A stretch of 64,000 nt of DNA from Bacteroidales bacterium (GCA_017615595.1 JAFZZT010000036.1:39035-103034), one strand, 5' to 3'; counted from the stretch's first letter, positions 19,953 through 30,580 are shown. The notes: a model not told the origin generated them from the letters alone. Made by a program: numbers and translations.

Positions 19953-21149
19953 TTATAGCATGTTAGAAATCACGTTTAGAATATCGCTCGCGATGTCGGC
20001 TTTGCTTTTGAGCTCGCTCTCGAAGGTCTGTTCGTCTTTGGTGATCATCAGGACCTTGTTGGTCGGGGTTCCGAAGCCAGCGCCTTTGTCGCGCAGCGAA
20101 TTCAAAACGATCATATCGGCATTTTTATTATGCAGTTTTTTGAGCGCGTTCTCGCGTTCGTGTTCGGTCTCGAGGGCGAAGCCCACGAGGATCTGGTCAT
20201 CCCGTTTCACCTTGCCGATGGATGCCAGGATGTCCTTGGTCTTGGTAAGTTGGAGTTGCAGCTCGTCGTCATTCTTCTTGATTTTTTCAGCAGCGGGGTT
20301 GGCGGGTGTGTAGTCGGCCACGGCCGCAGCCATGATCATGATGTCCTGCTGTTCCTGGACGAGCATACACTGTTGGTACATCTCCTCGGCGGTCTCCACA
20401 TCCACACGATGGATCTGCGGGACTTGTGTCTGCAGATGTGTGGGGCCTGTCACGAGAGTCACTTCGGCGCCCAGATGTGCCGCAGCCTCAGCCAGGGCGA
20501 AGCCCATCAGGCCGGAAGAGCGGTTGCCCACGAAGCGAACCGGATCGATCGGCTCGTAGGTGGGTCCTGCAGTAATCATCACCCGTTTGCCAGACAACGG
20601 CTGCGGGCCACGAAGGAGCTCCATGACTTCCGCGAAGATCTCCTCAGGTTCCTCCATCCTGCCAGTCCCGTTGGAACCGCAGGCCAGGAAACCGCTATTG
20701 GGGGAGATGATATGGCAGCCCTTCTCGCGCAACAAGGTGATGTTCTGCTGCACAGAGGGTTCCATGTACATATTGTCATTCATAGCCGGCGCGAAGAATA
20801 TGGGTTTGGGACAAGCCAGCAAGATGGTGGAGAGCAGGTCGTCAGCGATGCCGTGCGCGAACTTGCCCATGATATTGGCCGTTGCCGGCGCCACCACCAT
20901 GGCATCCGCCCACTCCGCCAGCGCGATATGCTGCACGTCGTACGGCATGCTGTGATCGAAAAGATCCACACACAACGGATTCTGCGACAGCGTCTCTATC
21001 GTGGTCCTGGTGACAAACTCCATCGCATGCTGCGTGGCCACTACCTTGACATCACACCCCTCTTTCTTGAAAAGACGGATGAGATGCATGGTCTTGTAGG
21101 CCGCGATGCCGCCCGTGATGCCAATGACAATATGGGTACGCGACTCCAT
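19953..21149 (-). CDS. coaBC: bifunctional phosphopantothenoylcysteine decarboxylase / phosphopantothenate-cysteine ligase
   Basis: N-terminal flavoprotein domain (IVIGITGGIAAYK, PAMN) and C-terminal CoaB domain (ITAGPTYEPIDPVRFVGNRSSG, AAAVADY). Confidence 0.92.
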   Translation of the reverse strand: MESRTHIVIGITGGIAAYKTMHLIRLFKKEGCDVKVVATQHAMEFVTRTTIETLSQNPLCVDLFDHSMPYDVQHIALAEWADAMVVAPATANIMGKFAHGIADDLLSTILLACPKPIFFAPAMNDNMYMEPSVQQNITLLREKGCHIISPNSGFLACGSNGTGRMEEPEEIFAEVMELLRGPQPLSGKRVMITAGPTYEPIDPVRFVGNRSSGLMGFALAEAAAHLGAEVTLVTGPTHLQTQVPQIHRVDVETAEEMYQQCMLVQEQQDIMIMAAAVADYTPANPAAEKIKKNDDELQLQLTKTKDILASIGKVKRDDQILVGFALETEHERENALKKLHNKNADMIVLNSLRDKGAGFGTPTNKVLMITKDEQTFESELKSKADIASDILNVISNML

Positions 21150-21153
21150 GATA

Positions 21154-21486
21154 CTACTCCTCTTCCGTCACATCACGGAAGTAAACCTGATCGTTTTCAA
21201 ACTCATACATGGCCAACTGAGTCGGCTTGGGAAGCTGCTCGTAGAAACGGGACAGTTCAATCTGCTCGCGATTCTCGTAAACCTCCTCCAAAGAGTCACT
21301 CTTCGTAGCATACTGATGTGAGCTCTCCTGGAACTCTTGCTTCAGATCGGCTGCGATCTGGTCAGCACGCTTGGACATGACCACAATGCTCTTGTAGAAG
21401 TTTTTCGTGTCCTTGTCAAAGAGTCTCAAATCCTTCGTCTTCGCAAAACAATCAATGTTTTTCTTCTTATAATCAATAGCTTTCAT
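21154..21486 (-). CDS. rpoZ: RNA polymerase omega-subunit-like protein
   Basis: A 110-aa gene in the conserved bamD-rpoZ-coaBC position. The motif region KSIVVMSKRADQI resembles the omega core. Confidence 0.55.
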   Translation of the reverse strand: MKAIDYKKKNIDCFAKTKDLRLFDKDTKNFYKSIVVMSKRADQIAADLKQEFQESSHQYATKSDSLEEVYENREQIELSRFYEQLPKPTQLAMYEFENDQVYFRDVTEEE

Positions 21487-21494
21487 ATAAATGT

Positions 21495-22406
21495 TTAATT
21501 AGTTTTATGTTGAATTTTCTCCAATTGTTTCGTCACTTCAGCAGCAATCTTGCTGGTTTCTTTCGCATATTTAGAGTCTGGGAACTCCAATTCCATCTTC
21601 CGGCATGCCTCCAGACAAGCCTTATAGCGCTCTTCTTGCTTGCGGGCAACACTCTTGCGGGCATATTCATAGTTGTTAAGCACCAGATAATAGATGGCTT
21701 CGGGCATGAGGGGAGAATAAGAATACTCCACAAAGAAGTTCTTGGCCGCGATCTGGCAAGCCTCAAAATGGTCGGTGTTATAATAGAGCTTCAAGGCCTC
21801 CAAGTCTTTGCGGGCCAGCTTCAAACGAAGCTCGTCCAACATGCGGTTGCACTCTTCAATATGGGTGTTGTCCGGATAAGCTTGCAGATAGGTCTTGATC
21901 TGTTCAATAGCATATTCCGTGTTGGATTGGTCCAGATAATAGTCTGCGGAGGACTCATAAATAGCAGATATACAATAGTAAAAAGCATCCGCCGTGCGAT
22001 CCGAGTTGGGGTAACGGCGCACATAATCCCGGAAATGGAATGCCGCCATCGCATAGTCTTTGTTCATATAGTAGGAATGAGCAAAGAGATAGAGGATGGT
22101 ATCGGCGCGCGGCGTACCCAAAGAGATAGGATAAAGCTCCTCAAAGAGGCTCGCCGCAGAGAGATACTGCTGTTTTTCATAATAACGCATGGCCTTGGCA
22201 TAGTTCTGCTCAAAGGTCTCGAAGGTCACCTTCTTCGACACCTTCTCCTGCGCGCGAAGCTCACGCTTGGCCTGTCGCAAAGAGTCACGCTTGCCTGGAA
22301 CCAGCTCCTCCATGGAAGCAGAAACCGGCAACGCAACCGCGGAATAAGCACCCGCCACAGTGGCTATTAGTATGAAAATCAATATTTTAATACTATTCTT
22401 TACCAT
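21495..22406 (-). CDS. bamD: outer membrane protein assembly factor BamD (TPR lipoprotein)
   Basis: TPR-rich sequence with conserved synteny. The start is trimmed to the ATG at 22406 (MVKNSIK...) because the -7 box at 22422-22429 lies inside the longer ORF. Confidence 0.7.
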   Translation of the reverse strand: MVKNSIKILIFILIATVAGAYSAVALPVSASMEELVPGKRDSLRQAKRELRAQEKVSKKVTFETFEQNYAKAMRYYEKQQYLSAASLFEELYPISLGTPRADTILYLFAHSYYMNKDYAMAAFHFRDYVRRYPNSDRTADAFYYCISAIYESSADYYLDQSNTEYAIEQIKTYLQAYPDNTHIEECNRMLDELRLKLARKDLEALKLYYNTDHFEACQIAAKNFFVEYSYSPLMPEAIYYLVLNNYEYARKSVARKQEERYKACLEACRKMELEFPDSKYAKETSKIAAEVTKQLEKIQHKTN

Positions 22407-22421
22407 AATACTACAAAGGTG

Positions 22422-22429
22422 CAAAGATA
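22422..22429 (-). promoter_or_regulatory. -7 promoter box (TATCTTTG) for bamD operon
   Basis: The complement of caaagata lies 16 nt upstream of the ATG at 22406. Confidence 0.45.
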
Positions 22430-22440
22430 TAAAATTTTTA

Positions 22441-25284
22441 CTACCTGTGACAAATGGTTTTGAAATCGCAATATTTGCAATTATTACGATTCTCCGTCTG
22501 GCAGAAAGGCGTCTCTGGATCGAAAATGGTGTTTAGCAACTCGTCAAAATGTTCCTTGAAAACGGCGAGTAAATCATCATCGAAATAGGTCTGGCCATCA
22601 TAGTCCAGGGTAAACAGATACGGTATGTCCTTGCCTTTCTTCATGCTTTCCTTCGTACTGATAATCCCGCAAACAGGATTGAAGATCCCCCTGTCACGCT
22701 CGTTTTTGACATCTTGGTCTTCGGTAAGCTTGCACAGCTCCGCGTAGAAGAAGAGTTGGAGCAACTTTCCAAAGCCCGCCTTCGTGAAGATTTTTTCGAC
22801 TTCATCTTTGTTGGTTCTCAAGGCATCACTGCTCATCGAGCCTGTCTTATAATCCAGAATCTCCAGATGGTTACCTCTCTTCTGGAGTCGGTCGATATAG
22901 CCTTTGAGCGTAATCGTTTTCTCTTCTTCTCCAATTTTGAACTTGTATTCACACAGCACCTTTTTCTCGAAAGAGAGCAGCGTCACGTCCCCATCTTCAA
23001 ACTCTTCTTTGGCACGCTCCAGATAGCCGGTGACATGCTTGCTGACGATCTCGTGCAGCAACATAAAGCGGCCTGTTTGCAGCTCGCTTTTATCTATCTT
23101 CACCTTCTTCAGAATGGCTGGGACAATATAGTTGGCATCCACCATCGAACTATTCAACGAAAGGAGGAACTCCATGTAATTGCCCGACTTTTTCATCTCC
23201 TCAAAGACATGCTGCAGCACTGAATGTACAAGCGTTCCGATCGTGTTGGCCTGCAACAAATCGTCATCATCATCTTCGCTAAGACGGCAAAGATTCTTCA
23301 GATAGAACTGGAAAGGACATTGGATAAAGTTGCTGAGCGACGAGGTGGAAAACTCAAACGCTTCCAGTTTGCTGACAACATCTTTTGTTTTGGGAACTTG
23401 AATACATTGCTCCTGCTGGTCAAGTTTGAAAATGACAGACATCCGTTCGATATGGATATTCTCCATTCCACGGTCTTTGACCTCAAACTCAAGCTGCGTG
23501 ACAAAACGGCTCTGCTCTGACAGGCCCTCCGTGGAAGCGGTATTATAAAGCAACTCAACATGAGCAGCTCTCTGCAAAAGACGGAAGAAGTGATAGGCGG
23601 TAATCTTGTCCTTGTAGATATAGTTCGGCATAGCCGATCCTTGGTACACCATGTCGAAAGGCAACAGGGAGTTGTATTTGACAGGCCGCGGGATGATGCC
23701 CTCGTTAACGCCCAGCATGAACACATGCTTGAAATCCAAGGCTCGAGTCTCCAAAAGGCCCATCACCTGCAGACCTTGTTTTGCATCACCCTTCAGAGAG
23801 AGAGACAACGTGTCCAGTTGTTGCATAATCAGGTTCTTGACCACGACAAAGGTGACATCTGCCTCGGAAGCAGACTTCAACAGTGGCTCCACCTCTTGGA
23901 TGACCGTCAGCGCATTCTTCAGCTGGTAATGGAGCGCATTCTTGTTCGACACCGCCGCCACCAGCCGCTCCAGGAACGCTGTCAGTTGAGACAACATCTT
24001 CTCCTGACGGCCTGTGAAGGCGGGCAGATACGGCTTCAAAAGGTCATTGACAGACAAATAAACGCTCCCACTCTGCAGCAGGGCATACACCTTCTTGCCG
24101 TAATCATCATCCGCGTCTTGCGGGGTCAAATTATAGAGGATACTGCAACGCATCACCTTGTCCAGCACCGGATGATACAACGGGATAAGCTTGTCCTTGT
24201 CATCCTGCACCTGCTCGTAGCCGAACTGATACAAGTCCAGCAAATCGGAAATGAGCTGGTAGGTCTGAGTCATTTTAAAAGGCAAGCCCCGCGTGACATT
24301 CACATTCTCCGCGCCGTACGCTTTCAGGAACGGAAGCAGCATGGACTCGTCTGCCAGCACCACCACGGTGTCGTCCAGTTGACTCGGGTTCTCTTTCTGC
24401 ATGGCATGCAGACGATCCACGACATGAAGGATCTGGCTTTCACGGCCCGGGGCACTCACGACCTGCACCTCCTTGGGCTCATCTTCATAACAAGTCTCCT
24501 TGAAATGCAAAGAACTCATGTCAAGGGACAGCTTGTCGCACACTTCCCGAAGAAAATGAGACGTGGAGAACATCGCTTCCCGTTCAAAATCACAATAGAA
24601 AGGATCAAAATCGAAATAAAAATGGGTCTCGAAATGATCTTTCAGATATTTGACGATATCCTGTTCGGATGGACTCAGCACATACAGTCCGGCAAAAATG
24701 ATGCGCTTGCCAGCAAAGACGCTGGAATATTGATCGATATGCTCCGCGCAATCGCGGTATAGGAGTCCGGGATAGGCAAACCCTTTTTGGAAGAGCTTCT
24801 CATTAAAGGTTTTGTACAGCTGAATAAGAAGATTATAGAACTGCACAGTCTCCTTTTGGCCGCTGGAGAGCGTGTCATGGCCCAAGCGGGCCTCAAACTC
24901 CTTCATGCCAGCCACATCCTCCAAGATCTCGGCCACCTTCTGCCTGTGCATCTCCAGATCGGAGATGTCTTGGATAAACATATCCGCCCACCGCAGAAAA
25001 TCCGACAGCTTGTCTTCCTTTTCCAGCATCGGAGCATAGGACTCATACAACGTGGTCAGAAGTTCCAGGGGTTTGCCTCTGCGTAGGGGCGAAAGCCTTT
25101 CTACAAAATGCTCGATAGAGATTATCTCCGGCAGAAAACACGGCTTGACAATCTCCTCTCGGGCCTTCATCTCCTGTAAGAGCATTCGCTTGGCACGCTG
25201 GTTGGGCAGCACAATGACCGTATCGGCGTTAATGAACTGGTGGGTGATACATTCATCCACTAGTTTGGAAAGAAAGGTGGACAT
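22441..25284 (-). CDS. PD-(D/E)XK nuclease family protein, AddB/RexB-like (inactivated helicase plus nuclease with Fe-S Cys cluster)
   Basis: 947 aa. The C-terminal nuclease region has GYIDRL...ILDYKTG (D...D-x-K) and a terminal Cys cluster CQTENRNNCKYCDFKTIC, typical of AddB-type Fe-S staples. No adjacent AddA/UvrD partner in the window. Confidence 0.7.
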   Translation of the reverse strand: MSTFLSKLVDECITHQFINADTVIVLPNQRAKRMLLQEMKAREEIVKPCFLPEIISIEHFVERLSPLRRGKPLELLTTLYESYAPMLEKEDKLSDFLRWADMFIQDISDLEMHRQKVAEILEDVAGMKEFEARLGHDTLSSGQKETVQFYNLLIQLYKTFNEKLFQKGFAYPGLLYRDCAEHIDQYSSVFAGKRIIFAGLYVLSPSEQDIVKYLKDHFETHFYFDFDPFYCDFEREAMFSTSHFLREVCDKLSLDMSSLHFKETCYEDEPKEVQVVSAPGRESQILHVVDRLHAMQKENPSQLDDTVVVLADESMLLPFLKAYGAENVNVTRGLPFKMTQTYQLISDLLDLYQFGYEQVQDDKDKLIPLYHPVLDKVMRCSILYNLTPQDADDDYGKKVYALLQSGSVYLSVNDLLKPYLPAFTGRQEKMLSQLTAFLERLVAAVSNKNALHYQLKNALTVIQEVEPLLKSASEADVTFVVVKNLIMQQLDTLSLSLKGDAKQGLQVMGLLETRALDFKHVFMLGVNEGIIPRPVKYNSLLPFDMVYQGSAMPNYIYKDKITAYHFFRLLQRAAHVELLYNTASTEGLSEQSRFVTQLEFEVKDRGMENIHIERMSVIFKLDQQEQCIQVPKTKDVVSKLEAFEFSTSSLSNFIQCPFQFYLKNLCRLSEDDDDDLLQANTIGTLVHSVLQHVFEEMKKSGNYMEFLLSLNSSMVDANYIVPAILKKVKIDKSELQTGRFMLLHEIVSKHVTGYLERAKEEFEDGDVTLLSFEKKVLCEYKFKIGEEEKTITLKGYIDRLQKRGNHLEILDYKTGSMSSDALRTNKDEVEKIFTKAGFGKLLQLFFYAELCKLTEDQDVKNERDRGIFNPVCGIISTKESMKKGKDIPYLFTLDYDGQTYFDDDLLAVFKEHFDELLNTIFDPETPFCQTENRNNCKYCDFKTICHR

Positions 25285-25298
25285 GGTTTTATGATGAT

Positions 25299-27086
25299 TT
25301 AATCTAACTTCAACACAGCAAGGAAGGCCGACTGGGGCACCTCCACGTTACCGATCTGGCGCATACGTCTCTTGCCCTTCTTCTGCTTCTCCAGCAGCTT
25401 GCGTTTACGGGTGATATCACCGCCGTAGCACTTGGCAGTCACATCCTTACGGACCTGCTTGACGGTCTCGCGAGCGATGATCTTGGAGCCGATGGCCGCC
25501 TGGATGGCGATGTCGAACTGTTGGCGCGGGATGAGCTCTTTCAACTTCTCGCAGATACGGCGTCCAAAGGCGTAGGCGTTATCCACATGGATCAAGGCCG
25601 AGAGGGCGTCCACCGACTCGCCGTTGAGCAGGATGTCGAGTTTCACCAACTTGGCGGGTTTGAAGTCGATGATATGGTAGTCGAAGGAAGCATACCCTTT
25701 GGAGATGCTCTTCAGCTTGTCGTAGAAGTCGAACACGATCTCGCCGAGGGGCATGTCGAAGGTCAACTCAATGCGGTTGGCGGCCACATACATCTGATTG
25801 ATGAGCATGCCGCGCTTGTCGATACAGAGCTTGATGATCGGGCCGATAAAGTCGTCCTTCGTGATGATCTGGGCGCGGATGAACGGTTCCTCCACATGGT
25901 CGATCTCGTTGGGGGCAGGCATGCCGGAGGGATTATAGACATCGAGCCACTGCTTCTTGGTAGTCAGCACCTTATAGGAGACGTTGGGCACCGTGGCGAT
26001 AACATCCTGGTCAAACTCACGGTCGAGGCGCTCCTGAATGATCTCCATGTGCAACAGTCCGAGGAAGCCGCAGCGGAAGCCGAAGCCCAGAGCCGCGGAC
26101 GACTCCGGCACGAAGGTCAGGGAGGCGTCGTTGAGTTGCAGTTTCTCGAGGGAGGAGCGCAGCTCTTCGTATTGGTCGGCTTCAGTGGGATAGATACCGG
26201 CGAAGAGCATCGGCTTCACCTCTTGGAAGCCTTCGATGGCCTCTTCGCAGGGGTTGGCCACATGGGTGATCGTATCGCCCACCTTGACCTCGGCAGACAC
26301 CTTGATGCCCGTGATGAGATAGCCCACGTCGCCAGCCGACAGCGTGTCGGTGGGGACGCGGTTCATCTTGAGGATGCCGATCTCGTCGGCGTCGTACTCG
26401 TGCTTGGTGGCAAAGAACTTCACCATCTCATGGGTCTTGATGGTGCCGTTGAAGATACGGAAATAGGCGATGATGCCACGGAAGGAGTTGAAGACGGAGT
26501 CGAAGATGAGGGCTTGCAGCGGGGCATCCGGATCGCCTTTGGGGGCGGGGATGCGCTCGATGATAGCCTGCAGGATATCCTCCACACCCTGGCCGGTCTT
26601 GCCACTGGCCTCGATAATGTCGTCAACATCACAGCCCAGCAGGTCGATAATCTGGTCTTTGACCTCTTCGGGCATCGCAGCGGGCATGTCCATCTTGTTG
26701 AGGATCGGGATGATCTCCAGATCGTTGTCAATGGCCTGATAGAGGTTGGAGATGGTCTGGGCCTGCACGCCCTGGGTGGCATCCACCAGCAGGAGGGCGC
26801 CCTCACAGGCGGCGATGGAGCGGGACACCTCGTAGGAGAAGTCCACATGTCCCGGCGTGTCGATCAGGTTGAGGATATACTCTTCGCCCTGATAGCGGTA
26901 GTTCATCTGGATAGCATGACTCTTGATGGTGATACCGCGCTCGCGCTCCAGGTCCATGTCGTCCAGCACCTGATCTTGGAATTCACGGTCATTGACGGTC
27001 TTGGTAAACTGCAGAAGGCGATCTGCCAACGTGCTCTTACCGTGGTCTATATGTGCGATGATGCAAAAATTTCGGATATTCTTCAT
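25299..27086 (-). CDS. lepA: translation elongation factor 4 (LepA)
   Basis: G-domain motifs [14 protein letters not shown] and NKMD, plus the LepA-specific C-terminal domain. The start is trimmed to the ATG at 27086 because the -7 box at 27094-27101 lies inside the longer ORF. Confidence 0.95.
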   Translation of the reverse strand: MKNIRNFCIIAHIDHGKSTLADRLLQFTKTVNDREFQDQVLDDMDLERERGITIKSHAIQMNYRYQGEEYILNLIDTPGHVDFSYEVSRSIAACEGALLLVDATQGVQAQTISNLYQAIDNDLEIIPILNKMDMPAAMPEEVKDQIIDLLGCDVDDIIEASGKTGQGVEDILQAIIERIPAPKGDPDAPLQALIFDSVFNSFRGIIAYFRIFNGTIKTHEMVKFFATKHEYDADEIGILKMNRVPTDTLSAGDVGYLITGIKVSAEVKVGDTITHVANPCEEAIEGFQEVKPMLFAGIYPTEADQYEELRSSLEKLQLNDASLTFVPESSAALGFGFRCGFLGLLHMEIIQERLDREFDQDVIATVPNVSYKVLTTKKQWLDVYNPSGMPAPNEIDHVEEPFIRAQIITKDDFIGPIIKLCIDKRGMLINQMYVAANRIELTFDMPLGEIVFDFYDKLKSISKGYASFDYHIIDFKPAKLVKLDILLNGESVDALSALIHVDNAYAFGRRICEKLKELIPRQQFDIAIQAAIGSKIIARETVKQVRKDVTAKCYGGDITRKRKLLEKQKKGKRRMRQIGNVEVPQSAFLAVLKLD

Positions 27087-27093
27087 AAGGCGG

Positions 27094-27101
27094 CAAAGAT
27101 A
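27094..27101 (-). promoter_or_regulatory. -7 promoter box (TATCTTTG) for lepA
   Basis: The complement of caaagata lies 8 nt upstream of the ATG at 27086. Confidence 0.45.
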
Positions 27102-27117
27102 CAAATTTTATGCGAAA

Positions 27118-27783
27118 TCAGACGCCTGCCAATACGATGACGAACTCGCCCTTGACCTCCTGTTGGGAGAAGTGCTCCACGGCCTCGTGGATAGTGCCCC
27201 GGAAGGTGAACTCATAGATCTTGGTCAACTCTTTGGAGATGGCGATCTGTCGGTCGGGGCCGATGATCTCCTCCATCTTGGCAAGGGACTTGACGAGACG
27301 GTGGGGCGACTCGTAGAAGATGACCGTCTCCTCCATCTCGGCAAAGCGTTTCAGGAGGGTCTCCTTGCCCTTCTTGTGGGGCAGGAAGCCGTAGAAGTAG
27401 AAGCTGCTGCACGGGAGTCCCGACTGCACGAGGGCGGGGATCAAAGCCGTGGCGCCGGGGAGGCACTCGACCGGTATCTCTTGGCGCACGCACTCGCGGA
27501 TGAGCAGGAAGCCGGGGTCGGAGATGCCCGGCGTGCCGGCATCGCTGACCAGCGCCACCGACTCGGCATCGCGGATCTGCCGCACATAGCCATCCACCTG
27601 CGCATGCTCGTTGAAGATGTGGTAGGCCAGACAGCGTTTGTCGATCTGGTAGTGCTGCAGCAGATGCTTGGTGGTACGGGTGTCCTCGGCGAGGATGAAA
27701 TCGACACTCTTGAGCACGTTGAGAGCCCGAAGGGTGATGTCTTCCAGATTGCCGATGGGGGTTGGGACGATATAGAGTTTCAT
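27118..27783 (-). CDS. rsmI: 16S rRNA (cytidine1402-2'-O)-methyltransferase RsmI
   Basis: MKLYIVPTPIGNLEDITLRA..., AEDTR, SDAGTPGISDPG. The longer listed ORF (to 27867) would overlap tRNA-Leu, so the ATG at 27783 is preferred. Confidence 0.9.
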   Translation of the reverse strand: MKLYIVPTPIGNLEDITLRALNVLKSVDFILAEDTRTTKHLLQHYQIDKRCLAYHIFNEHAQVDGYVRQIRDAESVALVSDAGTPGISDPGFLLIRECVRQEIPVECLPGATALIPALVQSGLPCSSFYFYGFLPHKKGKETLLKRFAEMEETVIFYESPHRLVKSLAKMEEIIGPDRQIAISKELTKIYEFTFRGTIHEAVEHFSQQEVKGEFVIVLAGV

Positions 27784-27835
27784 GACAGCGGTATTAACAA
27801 TAAAAAAGAGGAAGGCTGTTGAAGACCTTCCTCGT

Positions 27836-27921
27836 TGGTGCCCAGAACAAGAGTCGAACTTGCACATCCGTTCGGATACTACACCCTGAATGTAGCGCGT
27901 CTACCATTCCGCCACCTGGGC
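27836..27921 (-). tRNA. tRNA-Leu (anticodon CAG), class II with long variable arm, CCA encoded
   Basis: Reverse complement is GCCCAGGTGGCGGAATGGTAGACGCGCTACATTCAGGGTGTAGTATCCGAACGGATGTGCAAGTTCGACTCTTGTTCTGGGCACCA. The anticodon loop TTCAGGG gives CAG. 86 nt. Confidence 0.88.
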
Positions 27922-27926
27922 ATTTT

Positions 27927-29834
27927 TCAATAGAGACCCTCTCTGATGAGATCGTGGATGTGAATCACCCCCAGGTATCTATTGTCAGCATCGACCACGA
28001 AAAGGTTGGTGATACTGTTGGTATTCATATAGTTGACGGCGTCGGCCGCCAAGGTCTCTTCGTGTATGGTCTTGGGTGATTTTGTCATCACCTCTTTGGC
28101 GGTCAGATGCGCGTAGTCTGCAGACTTCTGCAGCATTCTTCGCAAGTCACCGTCCGTGATAGCCCCCACAATCCGATTGTCTTCCAACACGGCTGTCACG
28201 CCCAAACACTTGCCGGAGATTTCGAGGATGACCTCTTGGATAGAGGCATCCGGGGCAACAGCGGGTCTTTCGTTGAACTTGTAGAGATCCTTCACCTTCA
28301 TGGTCAGGCGTTTGCCGAGTGCGCCGCCGGGGTGCAGCTTGGCGAAGTCCTGCGGGGTGAAGCCCCTCTCCACGATGAGTGCCGTCGCCAGCGCGTCTCC
28401 CATGGCCAACTGAGCGGTCGAGCTCGTGGTCGGCGCCAGGTTGTTGGGCGTGGCCTCCTTCAGGACACTGCAGTTCAGCACATAGTCGGCCGACTGCGCC
28501 AGAAAGGAGTTCATATTGCCCACCATGGCAATCATCTTGTTCCCATTCTGTTTCAGGAATGGGGTCAACAGGGTTATCTCCGGCGTGTTACCGCTTTTGG
28601 AAATGCATAGGACCACGTCGTGAGGCTGAATGATGCCCAGATCGCCGTGTACTGCATCGGCCGCGTGCATGAAGACCGCCGGTGTGCCTGTAGAGTTGAG
28701 TGTCGCCACTATCTTCTGACCTATGATGGCACTTTTTCCGATACCCGTTACAATCAGCCGGCCCTTGGAGTTCAAGATGAGCTTCACACTCTCCTCAAAG
28801 TCTTGGTCCAAGTATTGAATCAATCTCTCGACAGCCTCCGCCTCCTCTTTCAATACCCGCCCGGCGCATTGTAATATGTTGCTTTTCTCCGTCGTCAATA
28901 TTTCAAAGTTGCGAGATTTCTCTCTCTTTATTTCAATAGCGTGATAGAATCTCGGATAGGTCCTGCGCGCTATTGCAGTGTCTCCAAAGTAGGTTTTGAA
29001 CTCCTCTTTCGTCAGGTTTTCAAAGTCCCGATTTTGGAGGCGCAAAAATACAGAAGTTTTTGACATCTTCAACACCTGCTGAAGATTTTTTTTATTACGA
29101 GGACATTTTTCCTGACAGATGTCGCATCCAAAGAGCAGCGGACTATCCTCTAACACACTGTCATCCACCGCTTTATTCTCTACTGTCTGATAGGCAAAAC
29201 ACCTCCTCGCATCCACCCTGTACGGGGTGTCCAAGGCGTGGGCAGGACAACTCTGCACACAGATGTTGCAGTCGCCACAATCGGAAATTTTGGCGGAATC
29301 GTAGGCGTCAACCCGCGCAGTGGTAAGCAGAACACCGAGGACGAAAAAAGATCCTGATTCATTATGGATAAGTCCGTTTTTCCCATAACACCCCACCCCG
29401 CTCTGCACGGCCCACTGCTTCTCGGAGATGCGGGAGCTGTCCACGGTGATACGGCATTGCGCGCCAGGGCACGCTTGTTCGACAAACTCGGCCAACGGCT
29501 GCAGCTGTCGCTTCACCGCCTGGTGGTAGTCCTCGACCCACGTATAGCGGGCAGTCCTATATCGGTCGCTGAGAGGTTGTGCATCCGTCAAGTAGCTCCA
29601 TGTCACCACGATAACACTCCGGCAACTCTCCAACAGGGATTCCGGATTAAAACGCTGGTCGATTTCCCGTTCCAGGAAATGCATATCGGCTTGATAGCCC
29701 TCCGACAAAGCTTCTTCAAAAAGTGCCTGTTGCTCACACAGCGCGTGGGCGGGCGCGATGCCGCACTGCATGAAGCCCAGCTCCAACGCTTTGGCCTTGA
29801 CCTGCTCGGCACTCAACAGAGATTCTTCCATCAT
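27927..29834 (-). CDS. single ORF joining epoxyqueuosine reductase (QueG, aa 1 to about 312) and arabinose-5-phosphate isomerase KpsF/GutQ (SIS plus 2xCBS, aa about 313-635)
   Basis: The N-half has 4Fe-4S motifs CGDCNICVQSCP and CDICQEKCP plus the QueG tail. The C-half has SIS motif VTGIGKSAIIGQKIVATL...GTPAVFMH and CBS pairs. There is no in-frame stop at the junction; a TTG at 28898-28896 could serve as an internal start. Confidence 0.75.
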   Translation of the reverse strand: MMEESLLSAEQVKAKALELGFMQCGIAPAHALCEQQALFEEALSEGYQADMHFLEREIDQRFNPESLLESCRSVIVVTWSYLTDAQPLSDRYRTARYTWVEDYHQAVKRQLQPLAEFVEQACPGAQCRITVDSSRISEKQWAVQSGVGCYGKNGLIHNESGSFFVLGVLLTTARVDAYDSAKISDCGDCNICVQSCPAHALDTPYRVDARRCFAYQTVENKAVDDSVLEDSPLLFGCDICQEKCPRNKKNLQQVLKMSKTSVFLRLQNRDFENLTKEEFKTYFGDTAIARRTYPRFYHAIEIKREKSRNFEILTTEKSNILQCAGRVLKEEAEAVERLIQYLDQDFEESVKLILNSKGRLIVTGIGKSAIIGQKIVATLNSTGTPAVFMHAADAVHGDLGIIQPHDVVLCISKSGNTPEITLLTPFLKQNGNKMIAMVGNMNSFLAQSADYVLNCSVLKEATPNNLAPTTSSTAQLAMGDALATALIVERGFTPQDFAKLHPGGALGKRLTMKVKDLYKFNERPAVAPDASIQEVILEISGKCLGVTAVLEDNRIVGAITDGDLRRMLQKSADYAHLTAKEVMTKSPKTIHEETLAADAVNYMNTNSITNLFVVDADNRYLGVIHIHDLIREGLY

Positions 29835-30580
29835 GGCATCTTGATCTCTTTGAATTTGTCGGGGATACGGATGGAGGTGGGCCCCGGCACGTCCAGACGC
29901 ACCAGTTTCATCACGGCATCGATCTCTATCAGACGATTCAGATCCCGCAGCACCAGTTCTGTGAAGAACGACTGCGTGGAGTCCAGCGCCACATATTCCT
30001 TGGGTTCCGCCTCCAAGCCCTTATAACGCAGAGCGGCTTCGTTCTCGGGCGAGACATTGCCGTTGAAGATCGACTGTATCAATTCAAAATCCACCGGAAG
30101 GCCCGTCAGCTTGCGGAACGGCTCGTAAGTACCTTGATAGTATTCGTATTTTAATTTATTGACATAGATGATGCTGTCGGGGGTGCAGACCACGCGGATG
30201 AACTCGATTCCGGAAGCGTGCAGATTCAGATAGAGGATGCTGTCCACCCTGTTGACCATATAGAAGTTGCAGGTGCGGGTGCCCTCAGGATCGGTCACGT
30301 CGGCCTTGCCGCGATAGGAAAGCCACTGGTAACCCTTTGCCACGGGTGGCAATGTGTCCAGTTCCAATGTCTCTGCGGAAGAGGTAAGGGGTAGCTCTTT
30401 AACGGAAGTGTCTCCGACAGCGGTCGTCGCGTCCATAACGGGCTGGACTGTCTCAACCACCGTCACGGTATCCGTAACGCAGGTACCAAACTCTTTAGGG
30501 CAACGGAGTGTGACTGTGCGACAACCCGCCAGGCATCCCAAAGAGAACAATAGCCAGACAGCGGTCCTGAGTGTCTTCAT
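29831..30580 (-). CDS. lipoprotein (LolB-fold / DUF4292-like guess)
   Basis: Lipobox LAGC. Tightly packed between the T9SS cargo gene and queG, with an ATGA overlap. The family call is tentative. Confidence 0.5.
   Translation of the reverse strand: MKTLRTAVWLLFSLGCLAGCRTVTLRCPKEFGTCVTDTVTVVETVQPVMDATTAVGDTSVKELPLTSSAETLELDTLPPVAKGYQWLSYRGKADVTDPEGTRTCNFYMVNRVDSILYLNLHASGIEFIRVVCTPDSIIYVNKLKYEYYQGTYEPFRKLTGLPVDFELIQSIFNGNVSPENEAALRYKGLEAEPKEYVALDSTQSFFTELVLRDLNRLIEIDAVMKLVRLDVPGPTSIRIPDKFKEIKMP

Noticed and set aside
27784-27867. N-terminal 28-codon extension of the rsmI ORF.
   Set aside because: It would overlap tRNA-Leu (27836-27921) on the same strand. The canonical RsmI N-terminus MKLYIVPTPIGN starts at 27783.
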